Assembly (NCBI GenBank): GCA_963924565.1
Contig: OZ004610.1
Coordinates: 9,424,001-9,488,000, forward strand
Direction of reading: 5' to 3'
DNA: 64,000 bases
Source: Ascidiella aspersa
Lineage: Eukaryota
In this document: one piece after another, positions 40,501-51,899 of the stretch
Layout of the letters: the number at the start of each line of letters is the position of its first letter
How positions within the stretch are numbered: the stretch's first letter is position 1
The notes under the pieces: generated by a model
Databases searched by the model: none
What the model saw: the letters and a program-made list of their open reading frames with translations, nothing else
What the model was told of the DNA's origin: nothing
Translations under genes and position numbers: made by a program

Positions 40501-43500
40501 TTAGCATTTTAAATACTCCATCCTGAGACTTGCGTATCCATGGTAAGAAGCCACGTAAAGCCGAAAGTATCTTGCGGTTAAGGCTGGAATGAACGCGTTC
40601 ACCTTGTAGCTTTCACGATTGTTGTTCCCGACGAAAATCTACAATCATGTTTTGTGCGTATAGTTAGTTTACAGTTTACACCAATGATATTATTTATACA
40701 CGAAATTCAAGTTCCTAATTTTGCTCTGGAGACGTTAAATACGTATTATCATTACGTTTGGCTGCAACATAGTTATTAGAAGTTCGTAAACTCTTGTTAT
40801 TAAACAATATGCTGAAAACTGTATTTCAACAACAAAATTACAAATGAAAATTTATTGCGTCCCGCCGGGACGTTTTTAAGTTTGTCTTTCACCGGCAACT
40901 AAAAAAGGTTGTTATATCTAGATTAAGACTGTTTAACGTTTTTCAACGATATACCATGGTAGGTAATGCGACATCGGGCATAAGCTTCCCTCAAAGCTCA
41001 ACAAGATTTGACGGTCAAAGTTTAATAACAAAAAATACCTCTGAATACACCCCAGCTGTACGTCACCGGTTTACCTTGTCTGTTCCTTGTGCATTTTGCA
41101 CAAAGTTTAAGGAAGAAGAATCGTTGCCGTAGGATATCCGGAAAGAGGTGATCCACTGATCGTTGAGCCTTCTTCCTTGTGTTATTATTCCAGTAATTTT
41201 GGTTGGTGATCCCAAGTCCACCTGAATCCATTCGTTCACTTGACCTGTTTTGTGAAATATTCGACGGTATAATATTTTACGTGGAAATCATGTATTTCTC
41301 CGAATTGGCTTGTTTGATAAAACAAAGTTTTGCTTATGTACAGTGTGTATTTTATCAACAAAAAATTACAGACGCAATCAAGGATCGGCTTCGCTAAATA
41401 GAGAGATTAAAAAAACAATATTAAATTATACTACGTAATTCCGAAGATTTTGCTTCTCACTGTTTTATAAAACTACTTTTAGAATCGAATTTTATTACAA
41501 AATAAACCTAAAACAGATTCTAGTTTTTACATATCAATCTTAATCTGCTCATTTAGTTGACGTTAAACAGTTTCGTGATGATACTACGTAGTGCTCTGAC
41601 GCCATGCTCGCACGATTAAATGTTTACAATTCTTTGCTTTCATGCCGTACGAGCAAAACCATAAAATCAACACAAATAATTCAAAATACCATGTGTTAGT
41701 ATAAAAAAACAAAACTTGAAGGCTATACTTTACACTTAGAGCTCGTTTATAAGTACTCCACGAAGAGTGAAAGTTACCTTAACGAGTTGTTCACAAACTA
41801 CATGATGTAACGTATAATACCGTTGCCTGCCGCCCATATTCCTTTATCGCTCGGTGAATTGTTCGGGTTATCCAATCGGGCCAAATGAGGACCGTGGTCT
41901 GCATAACTGTTCCAATATGATGATGCTGAAAAAGCCGAATCCGAAAGCCCGCCACTTTTAATGCCGACAGAACACGTTTCTGGGAATACATTTAATGGAT
42001 TCTAGCTATGGTAATGACCAATGGTATGTAGTCCCCCACTTCATTTGAATTTAAGTACATGTATACGCACACACCTACGTATGATGCAGTTATACTTGTT
42101 TGGGGTATTGCCAATCCGGTTGTATGGTTTCTCAAAAAATCCTTATGTGCGGTTTAGTACTACAAGGTTAAAATAACTTAACTTAAACTTATTGTATAAT
42201 ATTTATTTGAAAAACAGGAGCCCAAGGCGGGAAACTAAAAAATGGAGTGTAACACAAAAAGGTTAACCTCCTGGTATAAAGTATAAACAAAAAAATTCAA
42301 CTTTACCCAACCTATTCAGATTAGTTTCACAAAAACGGCCTTTAAACTAAAATGTTATGGCTGTTGCATAGCTTTACGTATGGCAAGAAATATTGCAATA
42401 TATGTCATGTTATACCTCGGTTTTGACTGTACTCGAAGTAAATCTTGGATGGCATTAATTCGTTGTACAAATCTAAACACACAAAAAACAGTAATAATAA
42501 TAATGTTAATTGGTAACTTATTATGGTATGTTAAACTAATTTTACTGACCTTTATATTAACCATGAAAACACTCATATTAACTATCAAATATGATGTATA
42601 CCAGGTACAAATATTCTTAGCAAGTCCTTTAATTCACCTACAAGTTTATAAATATTTTGAGAAAAAACAATTTCTAAAATTTTTCCCTCGGTAAAGATTT
42701 TCTTTTTCTTTAAGCATAAAAGTGTTAAAGCAAAATGTACGTCACACCTCCAACACATGATTGTCACCAACCTTTCAAGCGATTTATTTCGTTTTGCTGC
42801 TCGTCTTGTCTTCTATCATTGCAAACGCAAGGGCCTGGAGGTCCTACGTCACCTTTAGGGCCCCTTTGACCCGTCGGTCCTCTCTTACCTATAACAACGG
42901 CATTAGGCTACTTGCGCCAAATAACAATGACCTACAGTTGTTTTATTAAATTATAAGAAACATTTATACTCGTATAGCGGTGTGTTTGGATGCCTGGTAT
43001 ACTTACTGTTTGTTTTCTCATAAGGGTAACAGAGGTTTTTCGGTAAAACCTAGCTTACGCTTGTCCGATCCCAGTTAAATTATGTCATTTTTATGGCCAA
43101 AAGTGTTTCTTTGTATTTCAGTGTATTATGTTTTTCAGCTAATTACGCCAAAATTTTGAGAAGTTAAGTTATCTTCGAGTTTTAAAGTAATACAAATGCA
43201 TTGATCGTTCGAGGTAGAAATCTCTTCGTTGGATAGCAACCCATTGCAAAAATGCATGAACTCAGTTAATTTGCCATAAATCACCCTAGTATGAGATAAG
43301 CATCGATGATAACACTCGGTTTTGGACATCGTCTTTGCTTCGAACCAATAGAACAGGGATGGCGAACCTTTTAAATGCGCTGGTTTGCCATCCCTGTAAT
43401 AAAACATCCCTAGCATCCCTGTAACAGAACAATAATAGCAACCCAATAAAACATCTCCAGCAACTATGTACAGCGAAGATAAGCAAAAGGCGGGGATGGA

Positions 43501-43707
43501 TTTAACAAGGTTTAAACCCGTTTATCAGCGCCATGACATGCTTTCTCGTTTACCAGGACGAAGTGTCGTAGCATTCCTCTTGGTATATTCTCGTTGTCGA
43601 ACAGAAACGCATACATCGAAATCGCCTTCGTCGTAAGCACAGTGGCAAATTGTGCAAGACAAATAAAGCGCCAAAATAAACAACACAAATTTCAAAGTAT
43701 GGGCCAT
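40501..43707 (-). CDS. Secreted collagen-neck-discoidin (F5/8 type C) protein, copy A, complete, 264 aa
   Basis: Exons 43707-43554 (signal peptide, DFDVCVSVRQR), 42888-42772 (GKRGPTGQRGPKGDVGPPGPCVC plus neck), 42472-42416, 41979-41821 (CSVGIKSGGLSDSAFSASS...ARL...IWAAG), 41244-41075 (EWIQVDLGSPTKITGIITQGR...WITSFRISY) and 40638-40501 (IFVGN...ARYFRLY...SLRMEYLKC*). Total 795 nt, open, canonical splice sites, textbook FA58C motifs. Confidence 0.9.
43354..43396. mobile_element. 43-bp minimal hAT MITE
   Basis: cagggatggcgaacc...ggtttgccatccctg flanked by caatagaa/taataaaa. Absent from the homologous position in copy B (~51613). Confidence 0.75.
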
Positions 43708-44116
43708 AGTTTTAGTTTTATTATTCTAAGAAACTGGTAAATAAAAAGCCACAAAATAGTTACATTCTTTCTGCGATTTTTGAAAGAAACAGTATCTGGA
43801 CTCTAATACAAGAGAGTTGGGTAACAATGAGCGAATGGTAAGGTGCCACGTGACCATGGCCCCCTACATTTTTTGCTAAAATTTTAACTATAGGTAAATG
43901 GAAAACTTTTTTCCGCTTCGCATAAACCGTGATTGTGATAATAATATATCTTAAACCATTTTAATAAACTTTTTTTTAGCTTAGTCATCGTGGGTCTCAT
44001 TGCACCATCGAAAATGAAAGTTTTGTCAACTTCAACAATATAAAGACGTTTAGCCTACGCTTTGCAGCATTTTTAAAATGTAGATTTTGTATTAAAAGTA
44101 AAACCCAATGTTGCAA

Positions 44117-44372
44117 TGACTTAAGTTAATAACAAGTGCGCTTAAGTCGCTGTTTTAAAATGACTTGACTTAAGTGTTTTGATAAAAAGGACCTGACTTG
44201 ACTTAAGGCTTTCGGGCAAATGGCTTGACTTGGACTTAAGTCATTGTGTCAAATAACTTGACTTGACTGGGACTTGACTTAGGCAACTGGTGACATGGTC
44301 TTGGCTGGTTACTTTAGCGGGACTTGACTTGAACCTAAGTTATTTCAAAATGACTTGTAAACAATACTGGCA
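44117..44372. repeat. GACTTGACTT / CAAGTCAAGTC minisatellite-bearing repeat (opposite-strand relatives at ~26900-27010, 27200-27260, 27710-28030)
   Basis: Dense degenerate gacttgactt units. Lies in a segment absent from duplicate copy 2. Confidence 0.7.
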
Positions 44373-45221
44373 ACACCTTTCCGAAAACTTAAAAATAAAC
44401 GAATTGGTGGAGTTCTTAAAGTAACTTCTTTAGGTCGTTACGTTTAAATGCACAAAAATATTCCCGAACAAAAATTCGGACCTGTGCTAAGTGGATACTA
44501 GTGAAACGTTTGTAAGGTACAATAAACAGCTTAATAGCTGTTTAGGCAAATTCTGGTTTATATATATCCTACAAAGATTTTCGGTAATAAACAATAATAA
44601 CCTATTATTTTTGCTTCGCTCAGACCGCGCTGGCCCGTGAGCCGTAGTTGGACGAGCCTTGCATTATAAAGGTGATCAATTGAATATATAATATTCTATA
44701 ACACAAAGCAAATATAGCTTCTTATTGTATTGATTACCATCGTCTGTATCTATCTTTCTTGCAAAAAAGCGCCTCTGTTTGGTACCGTTGTGTGCGATTT
44801 ACTGTAAACTAACAGACCTGCGGTATGCTGTTAAAAACTAAATCTAAACCTGCTCTTCGAACTAAATATATTAAAATAAATAGAAACCCTGACTCGAAGA
44901 AACAAAAATAATGCAGACCTGTACGCTGCTGTTGAAGCCTATTTTTGGTTGCAATGGTTATGTAGGGCTACTATAGTGAAAGGCTATACTAATGCTAATA
45001 GCAATTCTATACAACTCGTATATTTAAGTTCATTCTTGGTTGTTTTTACTGTAATTAATGAAGACAGCGATATCGAACAAATTAATTATACTCTTTTATT
45101 AAATGTTAGTGGCTGTATTTGAAAGTAACTTGAGTTTCGATAAATGTTTTAGTCTATACTACTACCTAGCAGCTGCTGATTTTAATCATCCACAAATCGT
45201 TAAGTTGACTACACTCTAAGT

Positions 45222-45855
45222 CAGGGATGGTGGACCTTTTCATCGCACAGGTCAAACCAACACGACCCCAAACTTTACAAGTGCACAAATGGCTCATATA
45301 TTTAATTATATGCTAGTTTATGCGAAACTTTGCTGCTGCTTCGTTTTGACTGTTATCGCCTGGGTTGGTAATCAAGGTTTTGTACGATTTTTCAATTCGG
45401 ATTCTCACAGATATTAAAACCTAAATAGTTAGGCCTAACAATGCTACATCAATTTTTATGGAATTACAGGAATTCAGCAGAAAGCTTTTCAGCATGGTTT
45501 AACCAGGATTTTCAGAACATTTTAGTCTACGAGCTCTGGGATCGCCACCCTTTACATATTACAGCGATCAACAAAATGCTTTTATATAGTTGTCTGCTTT
45601 TTGCACGCATTTGCTTATAAGCAGTTAACGTACACCTATACTCAAAAGTCTTAAAACAATTTTGCACGACTTACAGATGGGCAGCCCCGATTAAACAGTA
45701 CAGTGCTACCTAGCGAAGAATTTATTTTTACATTTATCATTTCCTGAAAATGATTGATAACTTTTCTATATTTCTAGAGAGACAATCTAAGTGGGTCATT
45801 AAAAATATGTGGTGGGTCACTTTGTGACCCACGGGTCAGTGGTTCGCCATCTCTG
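45222..45855. mobile_element. hAT MITE in the spacer between the duplicate copies
   Basis: Ends cagggatggtggacc / ggttcgccatctctg, with ctaagt repeated on both sides. Confidence 0.65.
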
Positions 45856-46465
45856 CTAAGTTGACAACAATAGTGAGTTTAACGAAAAAACTTACATCAT
45901 CTTGTTAATTGAGTTACATAAAAAAAGAATAATCCTCTTCGTAAAACAGTAGAATTGATATTTATTGACTTTTTATTTAAACTCTGGAAATTACGAACAT
46001 GATAGCGAAAAAAGCTTTAACATCAAAAGTACTGCTCGTGTTAGGAACGTATATTACAAAGCTTTTTTATTATATTTTTAGATAACCGTTTTTGAATAAC
46101 AAAAAATCAAATAGTATTAGTCCACCACACACTTACTTTTTAAATAACCGTTTTAGGAAATATTCAAACATACAATGTACCTGGAAAACGTTTTGGTGCT
46201 TGTAATTGTCAAAGGTAGTTCATTAATAATAAAAACACCAAGGCTTAGACATAGCTAGATTATAAATAGCAATTTAAACCATTTAAAACAATTTTAGTTG
46301 CGGGAGTGAAATTTGGTGATATTGAAGCAAGTTGTAAGAGCTTACTTCAAAATCTAAACAGTACCGTAAACAGTCATTTTTACAAGCAGAACAAAACCTA
46401 TGCACAGCTTCCTTATTATTACATCACACAGCACTATGAATACGTTTTGCTGTTGTTAAACTACC

Positions 46466-46643
46466 AACATTTCACGATTGCTGTCGGCTGTTGCCGGCCT
46501 GGATGTGTCGTTTTCATTTTGAATGTGAGTGTTGGATTCTGATAAGTCAGCAGAATGTTGGGTTTTGGCATGTTCTTCTTCGCTCATCGGTAAGCCTTCT
46601 TCAATTTCCGTTGCAGCATTTTCTTGGGGTATCGGGACTCCAT
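46466..46643 (-). pseudogene. Duplicated, frameshifted copy of ERICH6 exon 1
   Basis: Close match to 38181-38360, but ATGGAGTCCCGATACCCC has an extra C versus ATGGAGTCCGATACCCC, shifting the frame from the ATG to an early TGA. No downstream ERICH6 exons were duplicated. Confidence 0.8.
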
Positions 46644-46808
46644 TGCAACTAGCTAAAGACATCCGGTAGCTGGGGCGTTGACTTGTACAGATTTTTCAAG
46701 TATTATAGATATATCTCAAGCACTTCGAAATTATGAAAAAATTAAATCCAGATCACTACAGTAGGCCTACTAATAAAAAGCAAAGTCTCTATTGAGGTTT
46801 CTATAGGC

Positions 46809-47706
46809 CAGTGGTTCTCAACCTTTTATGCTTCGTGGCCCCCTTTGATAGGCTCTCGACCCTCGTGCACCCCTGCTTATAAAAATACCTAGCATTGCAT
46901 TTACTTGTTTTACTTCTCCACGTCAGTAACAAATACAGCCATTAAACCAGGGATTCCCAACCTTTTTTAGTTGACGACCCACTTTTAAAGCAAGTTTTAT
47001 TGTGCGACCCACAATGAAATATGACCAAATAAACAAAGTTACATAAAACCTACATCTTTTCCGCTGGCGAACGTACTGAAATAGTTAATGCAACACAACA
47101 CATCTAATTTTTACCTATCTGTGATTTGGTGCATAAATGTAACGTTGTTCCCGATCTAATAAAAAATTGTAACATTTAGAAATGCTTTCGCGACCCACAT
47201 TGGTATTATGTGACTGCTTCATTGCAGTCATAAATACGAAAGTACGCCTGACGTTTTCACGCCAATCAAAGGTTTGAACTTTTCCGCGATAAACTACCCA
47301 TAATATTTCTAGCAATAGTTCTAGAAAGTTTAACTGGTGAGTAGGGATCAGCAAAGTAAAAAACACAGGTATTCTACAACAATAGGTTTTGAATCTAGAG
47401 TAACGAATCCAGAATTGCGAATCCTAATCAGTTTTGAAATTATTTGACAGACACTTTTAAGGCGAGAGGTTATCGGCCAGTAATTGGCCGTCTGAAAAAT
47501 CTCTAACGCCACATATATGCCTGCGTTTGAAGCACCACGGTAATTGTTTCGCCACTGCGATACTCGGCGTTAATTCAAACTTTTTCGATAAAACGAATAA
47601 ATTATATCGGTTCTAATTATCTGGCATAAACGACAGAAGTTTTGTAATACCATGACCTAGCTTGAGAGTTATCAGGGGGGCCAAGGGCCACGGTTAAGAA
47701 ACCCTG
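46809..47706. mobile_element. hAT MITE with a nested second element starting cagggattcccaacc at ~46948
   Basis: TIRs cagtggttctcaacc / ggttaagaaaccctg, TSD ctataggc/ctatagac. Ends are homologous to 39553-40401. Empty site at ~38527. Confidence 0.88.
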
Positions 47707-48395
47707 CTATAGACTTTGATAAAAAGTAACAATATCATCCTAAATTTCCTACCGCTGATCTTTATTAAAATCCTTCGTTCAAAGAATAATAAGGACAAAT
47801 ATTTATTGATAAATGCAATTGTTATCATGACGTAACTTCGCAAAGTTCCTACTGTTTAGTACGATTTATGCATTTGGTACGATTTATGTAATCGTTTTGT
47901 TTACGATCAGCGACAGAACTAAACGTAAGTGAGTGCATAGGTGGAACAAGCTTTTGTTTCTTCTACATAAAAATGTGATGTAACTAACGTACCCCACTCT
48001 TTTTAATTTGTTATTGAAAAACTACGCCCGTTTTCAACCTACTGGCTTGGTGAAGCCTGATTCAGCGCAATGAGCACAATAATAAAAACGAAATATTATA
48101 CTGGCTTGGCATAGAACTTGACATATGCGGTTATGCTTATGCAAAGTGGAGCCGCGTTTGCAAAAACTGGTAGACACTATATGCAGGTGCAAACATCGCA
48201 CTGAATGCAATTCACTGCTAAAACAAAATTGAAGTTTTTGTGCTAGTTTGTTAAATTCAAATTTATATGCTAACTACAACTTCCTAAAGGCAATCATTTT
48301 GGTGCAATCTGTAGCCACCATTCTCTGGAATTGTGTATAAATTTCTCATATTCGATCGTGTTACTTTGTTCCAGCATTAATTGAAATATTTTTCG

Positions 48396-48622
48396 TATCT
48401 GACACAAAATGTGGTCGCAATGTACATTCTGATTTTATTTTATTCAAATTGGGCTATCTATTTTATTCAAATTGGGGTATCTGACACAAAATGGGGTCGC
48501 AATGTAAATTCTGATATTATTTTATTTAAATTGGGCTATCTATTTTATTCAAATTGGGGTATCTGACACAAAATGGGGTCTCAATATAAATCCTGATTTT
48601 ATTTTATTCAAATTGGGGTCGC
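48396..48622. repeat. ~82-bp tandem repeat near a hAT-like terminus
   Basis: tatctgacacaaaatg recurs at ~48396, 48478 and 48560, followed by ggttgaagaccacta. Confidence 0.8.
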
Positions 48623-49474
48623 TTGTTATAAAGGTTGAAGACCACTACTATAGCTGGTCAACAGTGGGCTAACTCATAGCGGTTAACGGAGACGTATTAT
48701 TTCACCAAGCTATTATAGCATTAGTATAGAATAGATCAGGTACGAAAAGACTTGCATTAACAAGAAAAATATAGGTTTAAATGAAAAAACTGTTTTCAAC
48801 CCTTAGTGAAAAACAGTCGTAAGTCTGTTACAAGTGTGAACTTTAAACTAAGTTACAACAAAATACTGCGTAAAGTTTCGGCCGATACATAAAAATACCT
48901 GAACTTTTAGTGTGTATTTGATAAAGTTACACTTTTTCACCTAACGTTCTAAACAACTTGAATTTTAAACAAGCATTTATAGAAAGTTTCGTAAATTTTC
49001 ATGTACTTTTCTAAGCTTGATCACAGTAGGCCTACAAATTTTGCTTCCCACGAGTCTACTCGGATTATTTGTTTTCTGCCCTTCTGTTTCCACTTTGGCA
49101 TTACAGTTATTTGGCGATTCATTACATTGTTCCTAACCAGAAATACCAGGAAAGTTTAACTGTAGTTCAAATTGCAACTTAATTTCTGTAGCCACTTTAT
49201 ACTTTCCTCAAATGTTTTGGTATACCTAAACGTGGGTTATAAGTTTATTATTCTATCAAGCGAGCACATACATGTAAAAGAGCAATGCTTTATCACATAT
49301 AAAATTGCTGATTTAACTTATTGTTTTACTAATAATAGGCTTCATGTATATTGTGTAAAGGCTTATGTGGTTTAGTTTAAATTATTTGCAAACACAGAAA
49401 GCAATTATATTTACAACACAGAAAACATCAATTCGGTGCACTGTTACAAATTCTTTGTCGTTTGTTTTTTGTAA

Positions 49475-51899
49475 TTAACATTTTAAATACTCCATCCTGA
49501 GACTTGCGTGTCCATGGTAAGAAGCCACGTAAAGCCGAAAGTATCTTGCGGTTAAGGCTGGAATGAACGCGTTCACCTTGTAGCTTTCACGATTGTTGTT
49601 CCCGACGAAAATCTAGAATAATGTTTTTGTGCGTATAGTTTACTTTACACCATTGATATTATTTATATACGATCTTCAGGTACATGTTTCTAATTTAAAA
49701 AAAATTCATTGCGTCCCGCCGAGACGATTTTAAGTTTGTCTTTGACCCGCAACTCAAAAAGGTTGCCGATCTTATATATAGATTAAGACTGTTTAACATT
49801 TTTCAACGATATACCATGGTAGATAATGCGACATCGGGCATAAGACTCCCTCAGAGCTCACTAAAATATGACGGTCAAAGTTTAGTAACAAAAATGCCTC
49901 TGAATACACCCAGCTGTACGTCACCGGTTTACCTTGTCTGTTTCTTGTGCATTTTTCACAAAGTTTAAGGAAGAAGAATCGTTGCCGTAGGATATTCGGA
50001 AAGAGGTGATCCACCGATCGTTGAGCCTTCTTCCTTGTGTTATTATTCCAGTAATTTTGGTTGGTGATCCCAAGTCCACCTGAATCCATTCGTTCACTTG
50101 ACCTGTTTTGCGAAATATTCGACGTTATAATGTTTTACGTGGAAATCATGTATTTCTCCGAATTGGCTTGTTTGATAAAACAAAGTTTTGCTTATGTACA
50201 GTGTGTATTTTATCAACCAAAAATTACAGACGCAATCAAGGATCGGCTTCGCTAAATAGAGAGATTAATAAAACAATGCTAAATTACCGGACGTAATGCC
50301 GAGGATTTTTCTCACTGTTTTATAAAAACTACTTTTAGAATCGAATTTTATTACAAAATACACATAAAACAGGTTCTACTTAATACATATCAATCTGACG
50401 TTAAACAGTTTCGTGATGATACTACGTAGTGCTCTGACGCCATGCTCGCACGATTAAAGGTTTACAATTCTTTGCTTTTATGCCGTACGAGCAAAACCAT
50501 AAAATCAACACAAGGAATTCAAAATACAATGTGTTAGTATAAAAAACCCAAACTTAAAGGCTATACTTTACAATTAGAGCTCGTTCATAATTACCCCCAA
50601 AAGTGAAAGTTACCTTAACGAGTTGTTCACAAACTACATGATGTAACCTGTAATACCGTTGCCTGCCGCCCATATTCCACGATCGCTCGGTGAATCGTTC
50701 GGGTTATCCAATCGGGCCAAATGAGGACCGTGGTCTGCACTTCTCCAGGATGATGATGCTGAAAAAGCCGAATCCGAAAGCCTGCCACTTTTAATGCCGA
50801 CAGAACATCTTTCTGCGAATACATTTAATCGATGCTATGGTAATGACCAATGGTATATGCAGAAAACTACCCGTCTTCATTTTAATTAAAATATATGTAT
50901 ATGCACACACACATACGTATGATGCAGTTATACCTTAATACGTTCGAGGTATTTACAATGCTGTGATATGCTTTCTCGAGAAATCCTCATGTGCGGTTAT
51001 ACAAAAAGGTCACTAAAATAATTGTATAATATTTATTTGGAAATAAGAATTCTCAGGCGGGTCACTGAAAATGTGTATAATACAAAAACGTTAACCTCCT
51101 AGTGTAAAACGTAGATAACAAAAATTCAACTTTACCAAAATTATTCAGATTTGTTACATAAAAACTGTCTTTATTAGGCTAATCTATGGAGGTTGAACAG
51201 CTTTACCTACAGTGGCTAGAAATATTGCAACATATGTCACGTCCTACCTTGGTTTTGACTGTACTCGAAAAAGATCTTCGATGGCATCAATTCGTTGTAC
51301 AAATCTAAATGCAAAAAACACGGAAATAAGAAAAATGTTAGTTCATTGTTATGGCCCAAAATTGTTCGAATTGTTTTCCAGTTTATTATACTTTCCAGGT
51401 TATAAAGCCAAAATTTGCTAAATCTTATAGAAGTACAGTTGTCTTCGGGTTTTAAAGTAATGCAAATGCAATTATCTTTCGAGCTAGACATTTTGGATAG
51501 AGACCCATCGCAAAAATGCGGGTAATAATCAGTTAATTAGCCATAAATCACCCTAGTATCGGACGAGTATGGATGATAACACTCGATTTTGGGTATTGTC
51601 TTAGTTTCGAATTAATAGAACATTCCTAGTAACTTGTAACTATACATTTACTGTCTACAGCGCAGATATGCAGCAGTCGGGGAAGGATTTAACACGGTGA
51701 AACCCGTTTATCATCGCAATGACATGCTTTCTCGTTTACCAGGACCATTTTCAGGTGTCGTAGCATTCCCCTTTGTATGTTCTCGTTGTCGAACAGAAAC
51801 GCATATATCGAAATTGCCTTTGTCGTAAACACAGTAGCAAATTGTGCAAGACAAAAAAAGCGCCCAAATAAACAACAAAAATTTCAAAGTATGCGGGAT
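49475..51899 (-). pseudogene. Collagen-discoidin copy B: intact linker and discoidin exons, ATG changed to ATC, collagen exon deleted (pseudogene, or the 3' half of a gene started by copy C)
   Basis: Exon 1 homologue 51899-51740 begins ATC CCG CAT ACT TTG versus ATG GCC CAT ACT TTG in A, with an in-frame TAA just upstream. About 575 bp including the collagen exon is missing at ~51340. Exons 51304-51248, 50812-50657, 50102-49933 and 49612-49475 are open with intact splice sites. Confidence 0.75.

Larger units (their letters stand above)
37609..44985. repeat. Tandem segmental duplication, copy 1
   Basis: Colinear with 46166-52860, from aaacatacaatgtac(t/c)tggaaaa to gtagggcta..., and includes ERICH6 exon 1 and the collagen-discoidin gene. 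Confidence 0.9.

Noticed and set aside
41022-41991. Supplied ORFs MDSGGLGITNQ..., MVIPSPPES... and MYSQKRVL..., each conserved in the duplicate
   Set aside because: They are alternative frames or antisense of the discoidin exons. The conservation reflects the duplication.
43135-43468. WSC-like Cys pattern (LLGCYYC...MSKTECYHRC) in intron 1 of copy A, with a plausible acceptor
   Set aside because: The ORF runs through a 43-bp MITE, the homologous region in copy B has stops and indels, I found no convincing phase-1 donor, and exon 1 joins the collagen exon directly, as in copy C.
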